NCBI GenBank assembly: GCA_964636865.1
Contig: CAZWVJ010000001.1
Span: 118,687-182,686 of the forward strand
Direction of reading: 5' to 3'
Length of the DNA: 64,000 nucleotides
Source: an uncultured Syntrophomonadaceae bacterium
GTDB lineage: Bacteria > Bacillota > Dethiobacteria > DTU022 > PWGO01
The first letter of the stretch is position 1; every line of letters starts with the position of its first letter. The notes beneath the pieces were generated by a model that saw nothing but the letters and a program-made list of their open reading frames with translations, ran no database searches and was not told the origin of the DNA. Positions 1 to 7,351 of the stretch are shown here, piece after piece. Both the position numbers and the translations under genes were made by a program.

Positions 1-2
1 CG

Positions 3-797
3 CTGGTAGTAGCCGCTCTGGTGCTCACTGGTGTTTATAACTGGATTTCACCCCTAATGGAAACCAGCGCGGAAAAGCATAGAGTAGAGGAATTTTTTCC
101 CGGGTATGACTTTGAAAAGGCCGTGGTAGACCATAATCCTATTACCATAGTAGTTTATGATTCTGCCGGGAAAGAAAAAGGCTATGTGGTGGAAAATACC
201 ACCGAAGGTTACGGAGGAGACATACGTTATTACATGGGCCTTGATAATGAAGGGCGCATAAAGGGGGTAAATATTATTGAACATGCCGAAACAGTGGGCT
301 TGGGAGATATAATAAAAAGCGAAAGCTTTCAGGAACAGTTTATCGGCAAACACTACGATGACACTATTGCCTCAAAGGTAGATACTGTCAGCGGTGCTAC
401 TGTGTCGACCCAGTCTATGATAGCTTCAATTCAAAGTACCCTTGATAAAACGGCCAAGGATTACCTGGGCGTTGAAGAGGAAAATATTAAATTGGCGGAG
501 ATACCTGACGGAAGTTATTATGGCTCGGCTTCCGGGCAAATGGGTAACTTAGAAGTGGAAGTAACTGTGAAGAATGAATCCATTCAAGATATTAACATTG
601 TTGGACATGAAGAAACTCCGGACTATTTTGCCAAAGCAAAAGAAGAAGTTCCCCGGCGCATTAAATCCGAACAAAACCTGGAAGTAGATACGGTAAGCGG
701 GGCAACCGGAAGCAGCGAGGGAATCAAGAATGCAGTAGAAGACGCCCTTACTGAGGCAGTTGAGGATGTAGAAACGGCAGAAAAGACAACCAATTAA
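3..797 (+). CDS. FMN-binding domain protein (two FMN_bind repeats, RnfG/NqrC/PplA-like); 5' end lies outside the window
   Basis: The reading frame is open from nt 3 with no upstream stop; the first residues LVVAALVLTGVYNWISPL look like a TM anchor. Two repeats carry the SGATxS(S/T) flavin-attachment motif (DTVSGATVSTQS and DTVSGATGSSEG). Confidence 0.7.
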   Translation: MVVAALVLTGVYNWISPLMETSAEKHRVEEFFPGYDFEKAVVDHNPITIVVYDSAGKEKGYVVENTTEGYGGDIRYYMGLDNEGRIKGVNIIEHAETVGLGDIIKSESFQEQFIGKHYDDTIASKVDTVSGATVSTQSMIASIQSTLDKTAKDYLGVEEENIKLAEIPDGSYYGSASGQMGNLEVEVTVKNESIQDINIVGHEETPDYFAKAKEEVPRRIKSEQNLEVDTVSGATGSSEGIKNAVEDALTEAVEDVETAEKTTN

Positions 798-915
798 TTA
801 TTCGATAAATGTCAAATTGAAATATCTTTTATTCACCCGGCACATATCTCATGCATCTAAGGCAAGAATTGCTGGGTGATTTTTAAAACAAATAATTTTA
901 TGGAGGCGATTTTCT

Positions 916-1563
916 ATGCCTTATAAAGGAACACCGCAAACAATAGTCAAAAGGCTTCCGGTATACCTGCGAGCTCTGGAAAACTTAATTCTCCTTGATG
1001 TTGATATTGTTTCGTCTTACAGGTTAAGTAAGGAAACCGGTTATACCGCGGAGCAAATCCGTAAAGATTTGGCTTTTTTTGGAGCTTTTGGAACCAGGGG
1101 CTCGGGTTATGAGATAATAGACTTAAGGGATCAGCTCTTAAAGATCATGGGGCTGCAGCAGCCGAGAAAAGTTATTTTAATCGGTGCAGGGCAGTTAGGT
1201 ACCGCCTTGGCCCGCTATACCATGGCAAATAACCCCTATGTAATACTGGAGGGAGTTTTTGATAAAGCTCCGGAAGTAATAGGTGGGGAAATTATGGGTA
1301 AAAAAGTAAGAGATGTTTTGGAACTCCCAGATTTTGTTGTGAAAACAGGGGTTAAATTGGCCATCGTAACTGTTCCCTCCCGTGAAGCAGAAGATGTAAT
1401 TAAATTACTGGTTGAAACCGGTATTAACGCCATTCTGAATTTTGCCCCTATAAGCCCTAAGGTCCCTGAAGGGGTTCATCTGCAAAACGTAGACCTTACT
1501 CTTGAGCTGCAAAGTTTAATTTATCATGTTACTTTCAGGGATCAAGAAATTACGGAAGCTTAA
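916..1563 (+). CDS. rex: Redox-sensing transcriptional repressor Rex
   Basis: N-terminus MPYKGTPQTIVKRLPVYLRALENL is the typical Rex winged helix; Rossmann NADH-binding motif GAGQLGTALARY; length 215 aa. Confidence 0.9.
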   Translation: MPYKGTPQTIVKRLPVYLRALENLILLDVDIVSSYRLSKETGYTAEQIRKDLAFFGAFGTRGSGYEIIDLRDQLLKIMGLQQPRKVILIGAGQLGTALARYTMANNPYVILEGVFDKAPEVIGGEIMGKKVRDVLELPDFVVKTGVKLAIVTVPSREAEDVIKLLVETGINAILNFAPISPKVPEGVHLQNVDLTLELQSLIYHVTFRDQEITEA

Positions 1564-1597
1564 TATTCAGAGCCTGCTTCCCTGATTGAATCAAAAA

Positions 1598-1646
1598 AGC
1601 CCTATCCCCATTTATACTTTCGGGAGATAGGGCTTTTTCTCTTTTT
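1598..1646. terminator. Bidirectional rho-independent terminator after rex (+) and after the small minus-strand ORF
   Basis: Stem agccctatccc / gggagatagggct with loop, followed by ttttctcttttt on + and preceded by aaaaaa (a U-run on the minus strand). Confidence 0.7.
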
Positions 1647-1667
1647 AATCCTTTGGTAAAAACTGCT

Positions 1668-1862
1668 TTAGTCAACGTGCGGCAGGTTAAAAGATCCGTG
1701 CTCTATTTCTTTTAAGTAATCGTATCTTAGTAATTGCTGCTTGCTACTACCTGAAAGTCCCTTTAAGCGTTTCTCCGGCCTACTCTGCCAAATGCTCAGT
1801 CCCATAATGCCTGCAAAGAGTGCAGAGAAGGAAAGTTGGCTCAAGTCAAACATTTTATTCAC
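1668..1862 (-). CDS. Small hypothetical membrane protein (64 aa)
   Basis: Strong RBS GGGAGGTG 6 nt upstream of the ATG on the minus strand; hydrophobic segment LSFSALFAGIMGLSIW; terminated by the bidirectional hairpin. No recognisable family. Confidence 0.45.
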   Translation of the reverse strand: MNKMFDLSQLSFSALFAGIMGLSIWQSRPEKRLKGLSGSSKQQLLRYDYLKEIEHGSFNLPHVD

Positions 1863-1880
1863 CTCCCATCAAGAATCTTT

Positions 1881-1898
1881 TGTGAAATGTTGCACAGC
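1881..1898. promoter_or_regulatory. Candidate Rex operator (TTGTGAA-N4-TGCACAG)
   Basis: ttgtgaaatgttgcacag resembles the Rex box consensus TTGTGAA-N4-TTCACAA (13-14 of 18 positions). It lies just upstream of the small minus-strand ORF's RBS and is adjacent to rex. Confidence 0.35.
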
Positions 1899-1986
1899 TT
1901 TTTGAATCTTCAGAACTTTTAGCTTAAAAAAATATAAACTTAATTATTAACTGTGATTTTAGTTTAAAATATAGAGATTTTTCTGT

Positions 1987-2033
1987 CTATTAGGGGAATT
2001 CTTAATTTTACATCAGTGAATTCCCCTATTAAG
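1987..2033. repeat. Inverted repeat TAGGGGAATTC-N16-GAATTCCCCTA between the response regulator stop and the small ORF
   Basis: Perfect 11-bp arms (13 bp with one mismatch). No flanking T-run on either strand, so it is not a canonical terminator; possibly a regulator binding site. Confidence 0.5.
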
Positions 2034-2058
2034 AAGGTGATTTATAAGCGGAAGAGCC

Positions 2059-2739
2059 CTACTCACCCCTGGATTTGCCCAGGTTTACCAGCCCGTTTTC
2101 CAGGGCATAACGAACCAGTTCGTGACGGCGGGTTAGGTTCAATTTTTCCATAATATTAGATTTATGTTTTTCCACGGTCTTGGGGCTTACTATTAGTAGG
2201 TCGGCAATTTCCTGATTGGTATATCCCAGGCAAACATACTGTAGAACTTCTTTTTCCCTTTCAGTTAGAATGTTTCCAGTTCCGGAAACTTCACCTTCAC
2301 TTTCTTTCCGGGCTCCTTTAACCAGAACCTTAACCAGTCTAGGATGGATAACTATTTCTCCTTCCATTACATCATGAATAGCTGATACAAGTTCGGTACT
2401 GGCAGCTTCTTTGAGAATGTAACCGGAAGCATTTGCCTCCATTGCTTTAAACAAATAAGGTTCATCGTCATGCATGGTTAACATGATAATCTTTATAAAT
2501 GGTTGTTTTTCCTTGATAAACTGGGTGGCTGTTATGCCATCCATTCCAGGTAGCCCAATATCCATAAGCACTACATCAACTCGATATTCGTTCAGCATCT
2601 CCAGCGCTTCTTCGGCGCTTTTTGCTTCTTTAACTTCGCCCACAATTTCTTCCTTTTCCAATAAAGCTTTGATCCCGGAAAGGAAAAGGGCGTGGTCATC
2701 TACCAGCAGTACATCAACTGTTTTGGATGAAATTTTCAT
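2059..2739 (-). CDS. Two-component response regulator, NarL/FixJ (LuxR-type HTH) family
   Basis: N-terminal receiver domain (LLVDDH ... MDIGLPGMDG) and C-terminal LuxR HTH (EREKEVLQYVCLGYTNQEIADLLIVSPKTVEKHKSNIMEKL). Overlaps the kinase gene stop, suggesting translational coupling. Confidence 0.9.
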   Translation of the reverse strand: MKISSKTVDVLLVDDHALFLSGIKALLEKEEIVGEVKEAKSAEEALEMLNEYRVDVVLMDIGLPGMDGITATQFIKEKQPFIKIIMLTMHDDEPYLFKAMEANASGYILKEAASTELVSAIHDVMEGEIVIHPRLVKVLVKGARKESEGEVSGTGNILTEREKEVLQYVCLGYTNQEIADLLIVSPKTVEKHKSNIMEKLNLTRRHELVRYALENGLVNLGKSRGE

Positions 2740-4153
2740 CACCTCCCGTTTCCGAAAGAGGTATTTCTATCTTAATAGCAGTTCCCTGATTTAGTGAAGA
2801 TTCCAGAGAGAAAGTTCCTCCTACAAGCTCAATCCTTTCTTGCATGGAAGTAAGCCCCATTCCTATCTTGCTTTCCCGGTTAACATTTTCCAGATCTATT
2901 CCAATGCCGTTATCCTCTATAACTACTTCTGCCATATCGGTAGTGGCATTGATGAAGATCCACACTTTACTAGCCTGTGCATGCTTGTAAATATTAGTTA
3001 AGGCCTCCTGGACGACCCGATAAATAGAAACCTCTATCTCCGACGGAAGCCTTCTTTCGTCCAGCCCGTATATTTGTAGGTTTATTTCCCAATCTTCTTG
3101 GTTTCTCCAGTACCTGTCAATAAAGGACTCGAGAGCCGCTTTTAATCCCAGGTCCACCAAAAGGGTGGGAGTTAGCTTCCAAGCCAGAAGTCGGACTTGT
3201 TCCAGAGACTGCATAAGTAGCTGGCGAAAATCCTCGATTTTTTCTTTTAATTCTGCAGTATCTTTGGAGTCTTCCATAAATTTTAAAGAGATCATGAGTG
3301 TACTTAAAGTGGGGCCTGTTTCATCATGGAGTTCCCGGGCTACCCGCTGCCGCTCCTCCTCCTGAGAATTAATTATCTTACCCAGGAGAGAATCGCGTGT
3401 TTTTTTGGTTTGTGAAAGACGCTGAGTCATAGAATTAAAGGCATCGGCCAGTTCACTTAACTCATCGCCGGTATTTACTTTTACCTGCTGGGACAAATCT
3501 CCTTCGGAAACAGCCTTCACCGAATTAAGGAGAGAATTAATTGGCTTAATAAAGGTAACCGTGGAAATAAAATAAACGCCGGTGCCGGTAACCAGAAAAG
3601 TAACCAGCGAAATAAGCAAAATCTGCCATGTGGTATCCGAGATAGCGGATTGTACGCTATAATCAATTACTCCCAGACGAACCATAATTTCCGGATCGGG
3701 TCCCTCAAACACAGGAGCGGCTATATCTCGGAGAATTCCTTTTTCCGTGGTGAATTTTTTAACATCGACCGGTTCGCTTCCACTTAAAGTATGCTCCACT
3801 TGAAAGAGATCAGGAGGGAAATAATCTTGAAATGTATGCACCAAAATATTTTCTTCTTCGTCCATCATCAACACGTAAATCACGTCCTGGTTGTTTTCTT
3901 TGGTGCTATAAGCCAGGTCATAGAGGTCAAAGATATTGTTGGTTAAAGCCGGTTCTACGCTTCTGGCTGCCAGGTTTTGAGCCAGGGAAATACTTTTTTC
4001 ATTAAGCTGTTCCTCCAGGCGGGCCCTCAATGCCGTGTGAGCGTAAATCATGGTAATAAGAGTAAGAATCAAAGTAATTCCTAACACAATAGCTATAATT
4101 TTTACACGTATTCCCGGTAAAAATTTTTTGAGATAATTAGGCAGTCTTTTCAA
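2714..4153 (-). CDS. Sensor histidine kinase (HisKA_3/HATPase, NarL-partner type) with an extracytoplasmic sensor domain
   Basis: Two TM helices flank a roughly 150-aa extracytoplasmic segment, followed by HAMP, an H-box (RVARELHDETGPTLSTL) and an HATPase_c domain (DNGIGI ... GMGLTSM). Confidence 0.9.
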   Translation of the reverse strand: MKRLPNYLKKFLPGIRVKIIAIVLGITLILTLITMIYAHTALRARLEEQLNEKSISLAQNLAARSVEPALTNNIFDLYDLAYSTKENNQDVIYVLMMDEEENILVHTFQDYFPPDLFQVEHTLSGSEPVDVKKFTTEKGILRDIAAPVFEGPDPEIMVRLGVIDYSVQSAISDTTWQILLISLVTFLVTGTGVYFISTVTFIKPINSLLNSVKAVSEGDLSQQVKVNTGDELSELADAFNSMTQRLSQTKKTRDSLLGKIINSQEEERQRVARELHDETGPTLSTLMISLKFMEDSKDTAELKEKIEDFRQLLMQSLEQVRLLAWKLTPTLLVDLGLKAALESFIDRYWRNQEDWEINLQIYGLDERRLPSEIEVSIYRVVQEALTNIYKHAQASKVWIFINATTDMAEVVIEDNGIGIDLENVNRESKIGMGLTSMQERIELVGGTFSLESSLNQGTAIKIEIPLSETGGDENFIQNS

Positions 4154-5118
4154 TTAAGATCCTCCCAGATTTCCCGTAATTGATTAAAACTTTCATAATC
4201 AACCTCCCCTGGAGAAAGAAAGCGTTCCATTCTCAACTCTGCCAATGCTTTTCGACCTTCTTCTTCTCTGTGCATCTCCACTAAAACATTTTGCAGCTTT
4301 TCCTTCAGTTCTTTCGGTAAATTTTTATTTACAACAAAAGGTACATATCCTACCCGGGAGGAACTTTCGATTATTTGCAGATTTTCTTTCAATTCCGGAT
4401 TATTCTCCACCAGGTAATCGAAAACCAGGCTATTTACTGCGCCTCCTCCTATCCAACCCTCTGCTACCGCCAGGACGGAGTTTTCAGGGTTGTAGCTGTA
4501 AAAATAATCTGCAAAAAATGTGTCCGGCTCTTCTCCAGCTTGTTCCAGTAGATGTATTGGATATAAATTTCCGGAAAAGGAAAGGGGATCTGTAAATACA
4601 AAAGTTTCTCCGTGTAAGTCTTTAAGGCTGTTAAAATCATCTTCTGCAGAAGCTATAATGTGGGTTTTGTAAAATACCTGCCCCTCTATTTGGGGAACTG
4701 CCAGTACTTCATATTCTTCCGTCTCTTTAATTTCCATATAGGAGGCCGGACATATTAGTGCTATGTCAACCATGTTATGCTTCAAAAGTTGAGTTACTTC
4801 TCCATGAGAAGAGCGCATTACCAGTTCCACCGGATGTTCTATTTTTTCCGGCAGGTAAGAAAGTAAACTCCGGTAACTTTCCCGCGACTGAGGAGAAGAA
4901 ATTACTGGCGCTATAGTTATGCGAAGATAAGGCTTATCTTCGTAAAATGAACTATCATTCTGAGGTTCATAATGCGGAGTAGGTGCTGTGACTATATCTT
5001 CCTCCTCCGAAGGTTCCAGGTTAATTTCCGGATATCTTGGCTGGCAACCCGAGGTGCATAGCAATAGGAGGATAATTGTTAAAAAAATAATTTGCAGGTT
5101 AAAAATTTTAATTATCAT
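4150..5118 (-). CDS. PhnD/SsuA-like periplasmic substrate-binding lipoprotein, co-transcribed with the two-component system
   Basis: Lipoprotein signal peptide with lipobox (LLLLCTSGC). PhnD-like SBP fold features (TDPLSFSGNLYPIHLL, VGYVPFVVNKNLP). Its stop overlaps the kinase start in an ATGA arrangement. The likely true start is the MIIKIF Met, downstream of the ORF-track start. Confidence 0.65.
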   Translation of the reverse strand: MIIKIFNLQIIFLTIILLLLCTSGCQPRYPEINLEPSEEEDIVTAPTPHYEPQNDSSFYEDKPYLRITIAPVISSPQSRESYRSLLSYLPEKIEHPVELVMRSSHGEVTQLLKHNMVDIALICPASYMEIKETEEYEVLAVPQIEGQVFYKTHIIASAEDDFNSLKDLHGETFVFTDPLSFSGNLYPIHLLEQAGEEPDTFFADYFYSYNPENSVLAVAEGWIGGGAVNSLVFDYLVENNPELKENLQIIESSSRVGYVPFVVNKNLPKELKEKLQNVLVEMHREEEGRKALAELRMERFLSPGEVDYESFNQLREIWEDLN

Positions 5119-5462
5119 TAGCGGACAATCCTTTTTAGAAGTTCTTTTATAAGCATTATACCAGAAGATTAAAATTCTCCCAATTAAGGCAAATCCCTTA
5201 TTATTTATGAGGGAATTCCCTGATTTCGTGATTGACATTTGACAATTAAATTATAAAAATATAATTTAACTATGGCGAAAGCAGATATTCTAAGGGCTCG
5301 AGCTTTTTTAGTGAAAGGTGAGGCTTAGCTCTTAGGAGTATGTTAAAATCATATAAGAGTTACATGAGTCCTGCTTATGATTCTTTAATTTAAAAGAATT
5401 TAAGTACACCTACATGATTTTTTTGTGTATAAGTTAACACATTAAAAATAGGAGAAATAAAT

Positions 5463-6602
5463 ATGACGCAAAATATAGAGCTGATTGCCACGGCTACTTT
5501 CGGATTAGAGGCTGTGGTTGCTCAGGAAGTTAAAGATTTGGGTTATGGAAACGTTAAAGTGGAAAACGGAAGGGTTGTTTTTGCTGCGGACATGAAAGCT
5601 ATTTGCCGCTCAAATCTTTGGCTGCGGTCAGCAGATAGAGTTCGCTTAAAAGTTGGCGAATTTGAAGCAACTACTTTTGATGAACTGTTTGAAAATACCA
5701 AAGCACTGCCCTGGGCCGAGATTATACCTGCAAATGCCGAATTTCCTGTTGATGGAAAGTCTGTGAAATCCACTCTTTATAGTATTTCTGACTGTCAGGC
5801 AATTGTGAAAAAGGCTGTGGTAGAAAGCATGCGATCCACATTTAATAAAGAATGGTTTGAAGAAAGTGGCCCACTTTATAGAATTGAGATAGCACTATGG
5901 AAAGACATTGCTACGTTAACCATTGACACAAGTGGCCCCGGATTACATAAGCGCGGTTATCGGGAAGAAACAGGCTCTTCTCCTTTAAGAGAAAATCTGG
6001 CGGCAGCTATGATTATGTTGGCTCGTTGGAATCCGCATATTCCTTTAATCGATCCTTTTTGCGGTGCCGGAACTATTCCCATAGAAGCCGCTTTAATGGG
6101 GCGTAATATTGCCCCGGGGATGCAGCGTAATTTTGTTTCGGAAACATGGCCTAGTATATCGAAAAGCTTTTGGAAAGAAGCCAGGGAAGAAGCTTCTAAT
6201 TTAGTAAATAAAGATAATAACTTGTATATTATGGGGATGGACAGCGATTCTCGGGTGTTGAAAAATGCCAGAAAAAATGCTCATGCAGCGGGAGTGGATA
6301 ATGATATACACTTTCAAGAATCTTCAATTTATAATTTAAGTTCAAGGAAAAAGTATGGAAAAATTATCTGTAATCCTCCCTATGGTGAGCGTCAGGGGGA
6401 TTTGCAAGAAGTGGAAGGGCTTTATAAAGAAATGGGGAAGGTTTTTAGCGAGATGGAAACCTGGTCATTGTATATTTTATCCCCGCATCCGAAATTTGAG
6501 CAGTTATTCGGCAAAAAAGCTACCAAAAAAAGGAAGCTATACAATGGTAACATCAAAGTTCATTATTATCAGTTTTTTGGGCCGGCTCCCTCTACTAAAT
6601 AA
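5463..6602 (+). CDS. THUMP-domain class I SAM-dependent RNA methyltransferase (RlmL/YpsC-like, rRNA m2G/m6A family)
   Basis: N-terminal THUMP region; SAM-binding motif DPFCGAGTIPIEAA; catalytic NPPYG motif (CNPPYGER). Confidence 0.85.
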   Translation: MTQNIELIATATFGLEAVVAQEVKDLGYGNVKVENGRVVFAADMKAICRSNLWLRSADRVRLKVGEFEATTFDELFENTKALPWAEIIPANAEFPVDGKSVKSTLYSISDCQAIVKKAVVESMRSTFNKEWFEESGPLYRIEIALWKDIATLTIDTSGPGLHKRGYREETGSSPLRENLAAAMIMLARWNPHIPLIDPFCGAGTIPIEAALMGRNIAPGMQRNFVSETWPSISKSFWKEAREEASNLVNKDNNLYIMGMDSDSRVLKNARKNAHAAGVDNDIHFQESSIYNLSSRKKYGKIICNPPYGERQGDLQEVEGLYKEMGKVFSEMETWSLYILSPHPKFEQLFGKKATKKRKLYNGNIKVHYYQFFGPAPSTK

Positions 6603-6896
6603 ATTTTGCTGTTCGGTGGGGGGAGGTTTGGGAATAAATATATTTGTATAATTAAAGATAGCTAAATAACGTAATAAAACTTGCAGGATATATTGCAAAA
6701 AATTTGGTATATTATAGCATTTTCACTTATTGAATATGGTTGGAGAAAATGATATACTTTGCGTACACGGGAGATAAGGTAAAACTTTAAGAAATATAGT
6801 CTCCAAAAAATATTGTTTATATAACTTGATAGTAAAGAAGAGAAATAGCTAGCGAAAATTTAAGAAATAAGATTTAAAGTTAAAACCTTACTGCGT

Positions 6897-6991
6897 GGAG
6901 AGATGGCTGAGTGGTCGAAGGCGCTCGCCTGGAAAGCGAGTAGGCGGGGCAAAACCTCGCCTCGAGGGTTCGAATCCCTCTCTCTCCGCCA
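6897..6991 (+). tRNA. tRNA-Ser (anticodon GGA), long variable arm, encoded CCA
   Basis: Cloverleaf readable by eye: acceptor GGAGAGA/TCTCTCC, anticodon stem CTCGC/GCGAG with loop CTGGAAA, long extra arm GGCGGGGCAAAACCTCGCC, T-arm GGGTTCGAATCCC, 3' GCCA. Confidence 0.9.
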
Positions 6992-7003
6992 TTTTTAATT
7001 TTA

Positions 7004-7273
7004 GGCCGTGCTAGACGGGAAGATAGCGGTGTCCTGAACCCGCAATCCGCTACAGCGGGGTTGAATTCCTGCCCGCGGCCTTTTAGTTCTCAGGGCTGCT
7101 TCAGGAAAGTGGTGAAGATGGTTTGGTCCTGTGCGGCGCAACCTCATGAACCCCGTCAGATCCGGGAGGAAGCAGCGGTAAGTGAGTAGTTGCGGGTGCC
7201 ACGGGGGCGCCGAACCGGAGCTAACTTCTTGAATTCCGCCTGGGAACGAAGGTCAAAGGTAGGTGCACGGCCT
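7004..7273 (+). ncRNA. ffs: Signal recognition particle RNA, long Bacillus-type (scRNA/ffs, with Alu domain)
   Basis: About 270 nt with terminal helix GGCCGTGC...GCACGGCC. Conserved domain IV sequence CAGATCCGGGAGGAAGCAGCGGTAAG, matching E. coli 4.5S GGAAGGAAGCAGC. Sits immediately upstream of dnaX, exactly as scr does in B. subtilis. Confidence 0.85.
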
Positions 7274-7351
7274 AAATTATTTTTATCCTCAATATATTTA
7301 TAAACCTCCATAGAAGTGAGTTTATGGAAATAACAGGAGGCATATAAAAAG

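Noticed and set aside
54-353. Minus-strand ORFs nested inside confidently assigned genes: 54-353, 1236-1433, 2474-2794, 3165-3365, 4245-4595, 5543-5773, 7422-7610, 8062-9015 series, 9328-9863, 11985-12377, 12611-12883, 13548-13793, 14449-14664, 14952-15191, 16029-16283, 17818-18015, 18685-19413, 20112-20321, 22167-22448, 24932-25213, 33478-34145, 36511-36708, 38266-38490, 39567-39761, 40114-40941, 41349-41549, 42756-42947, 43255-43566, 44382-45513 series, 47148-48623 series, 50082-50908 series, 51199-51411, 52022-52204, 52951-53384, 53901-54277, 54674-55211, 56305-56737, 57195-57479, 57881-58201, 59151-59348, 60430-60762, 61395-62024 series, 62719-62913
   Set aside because: All lie antisense or out of frame within genes with strong family signatures. 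They have no RBS and show low-complexity composition; they are ordinary shadow ORFs.
798-915. Possible Rex autoregulatory box upstream of rex (ttgaaatatcttttattcac)
   Set aside because: Only half-site-level similarity to TTGTGAA-N4-TTCACAA; too degenerate to call.
6355-6651. 98-aa + ORF at the 3' end of the THUMP methyltransferase
   Set aside because: Alternative frame inside the methyltransferase gene with no independent signals.
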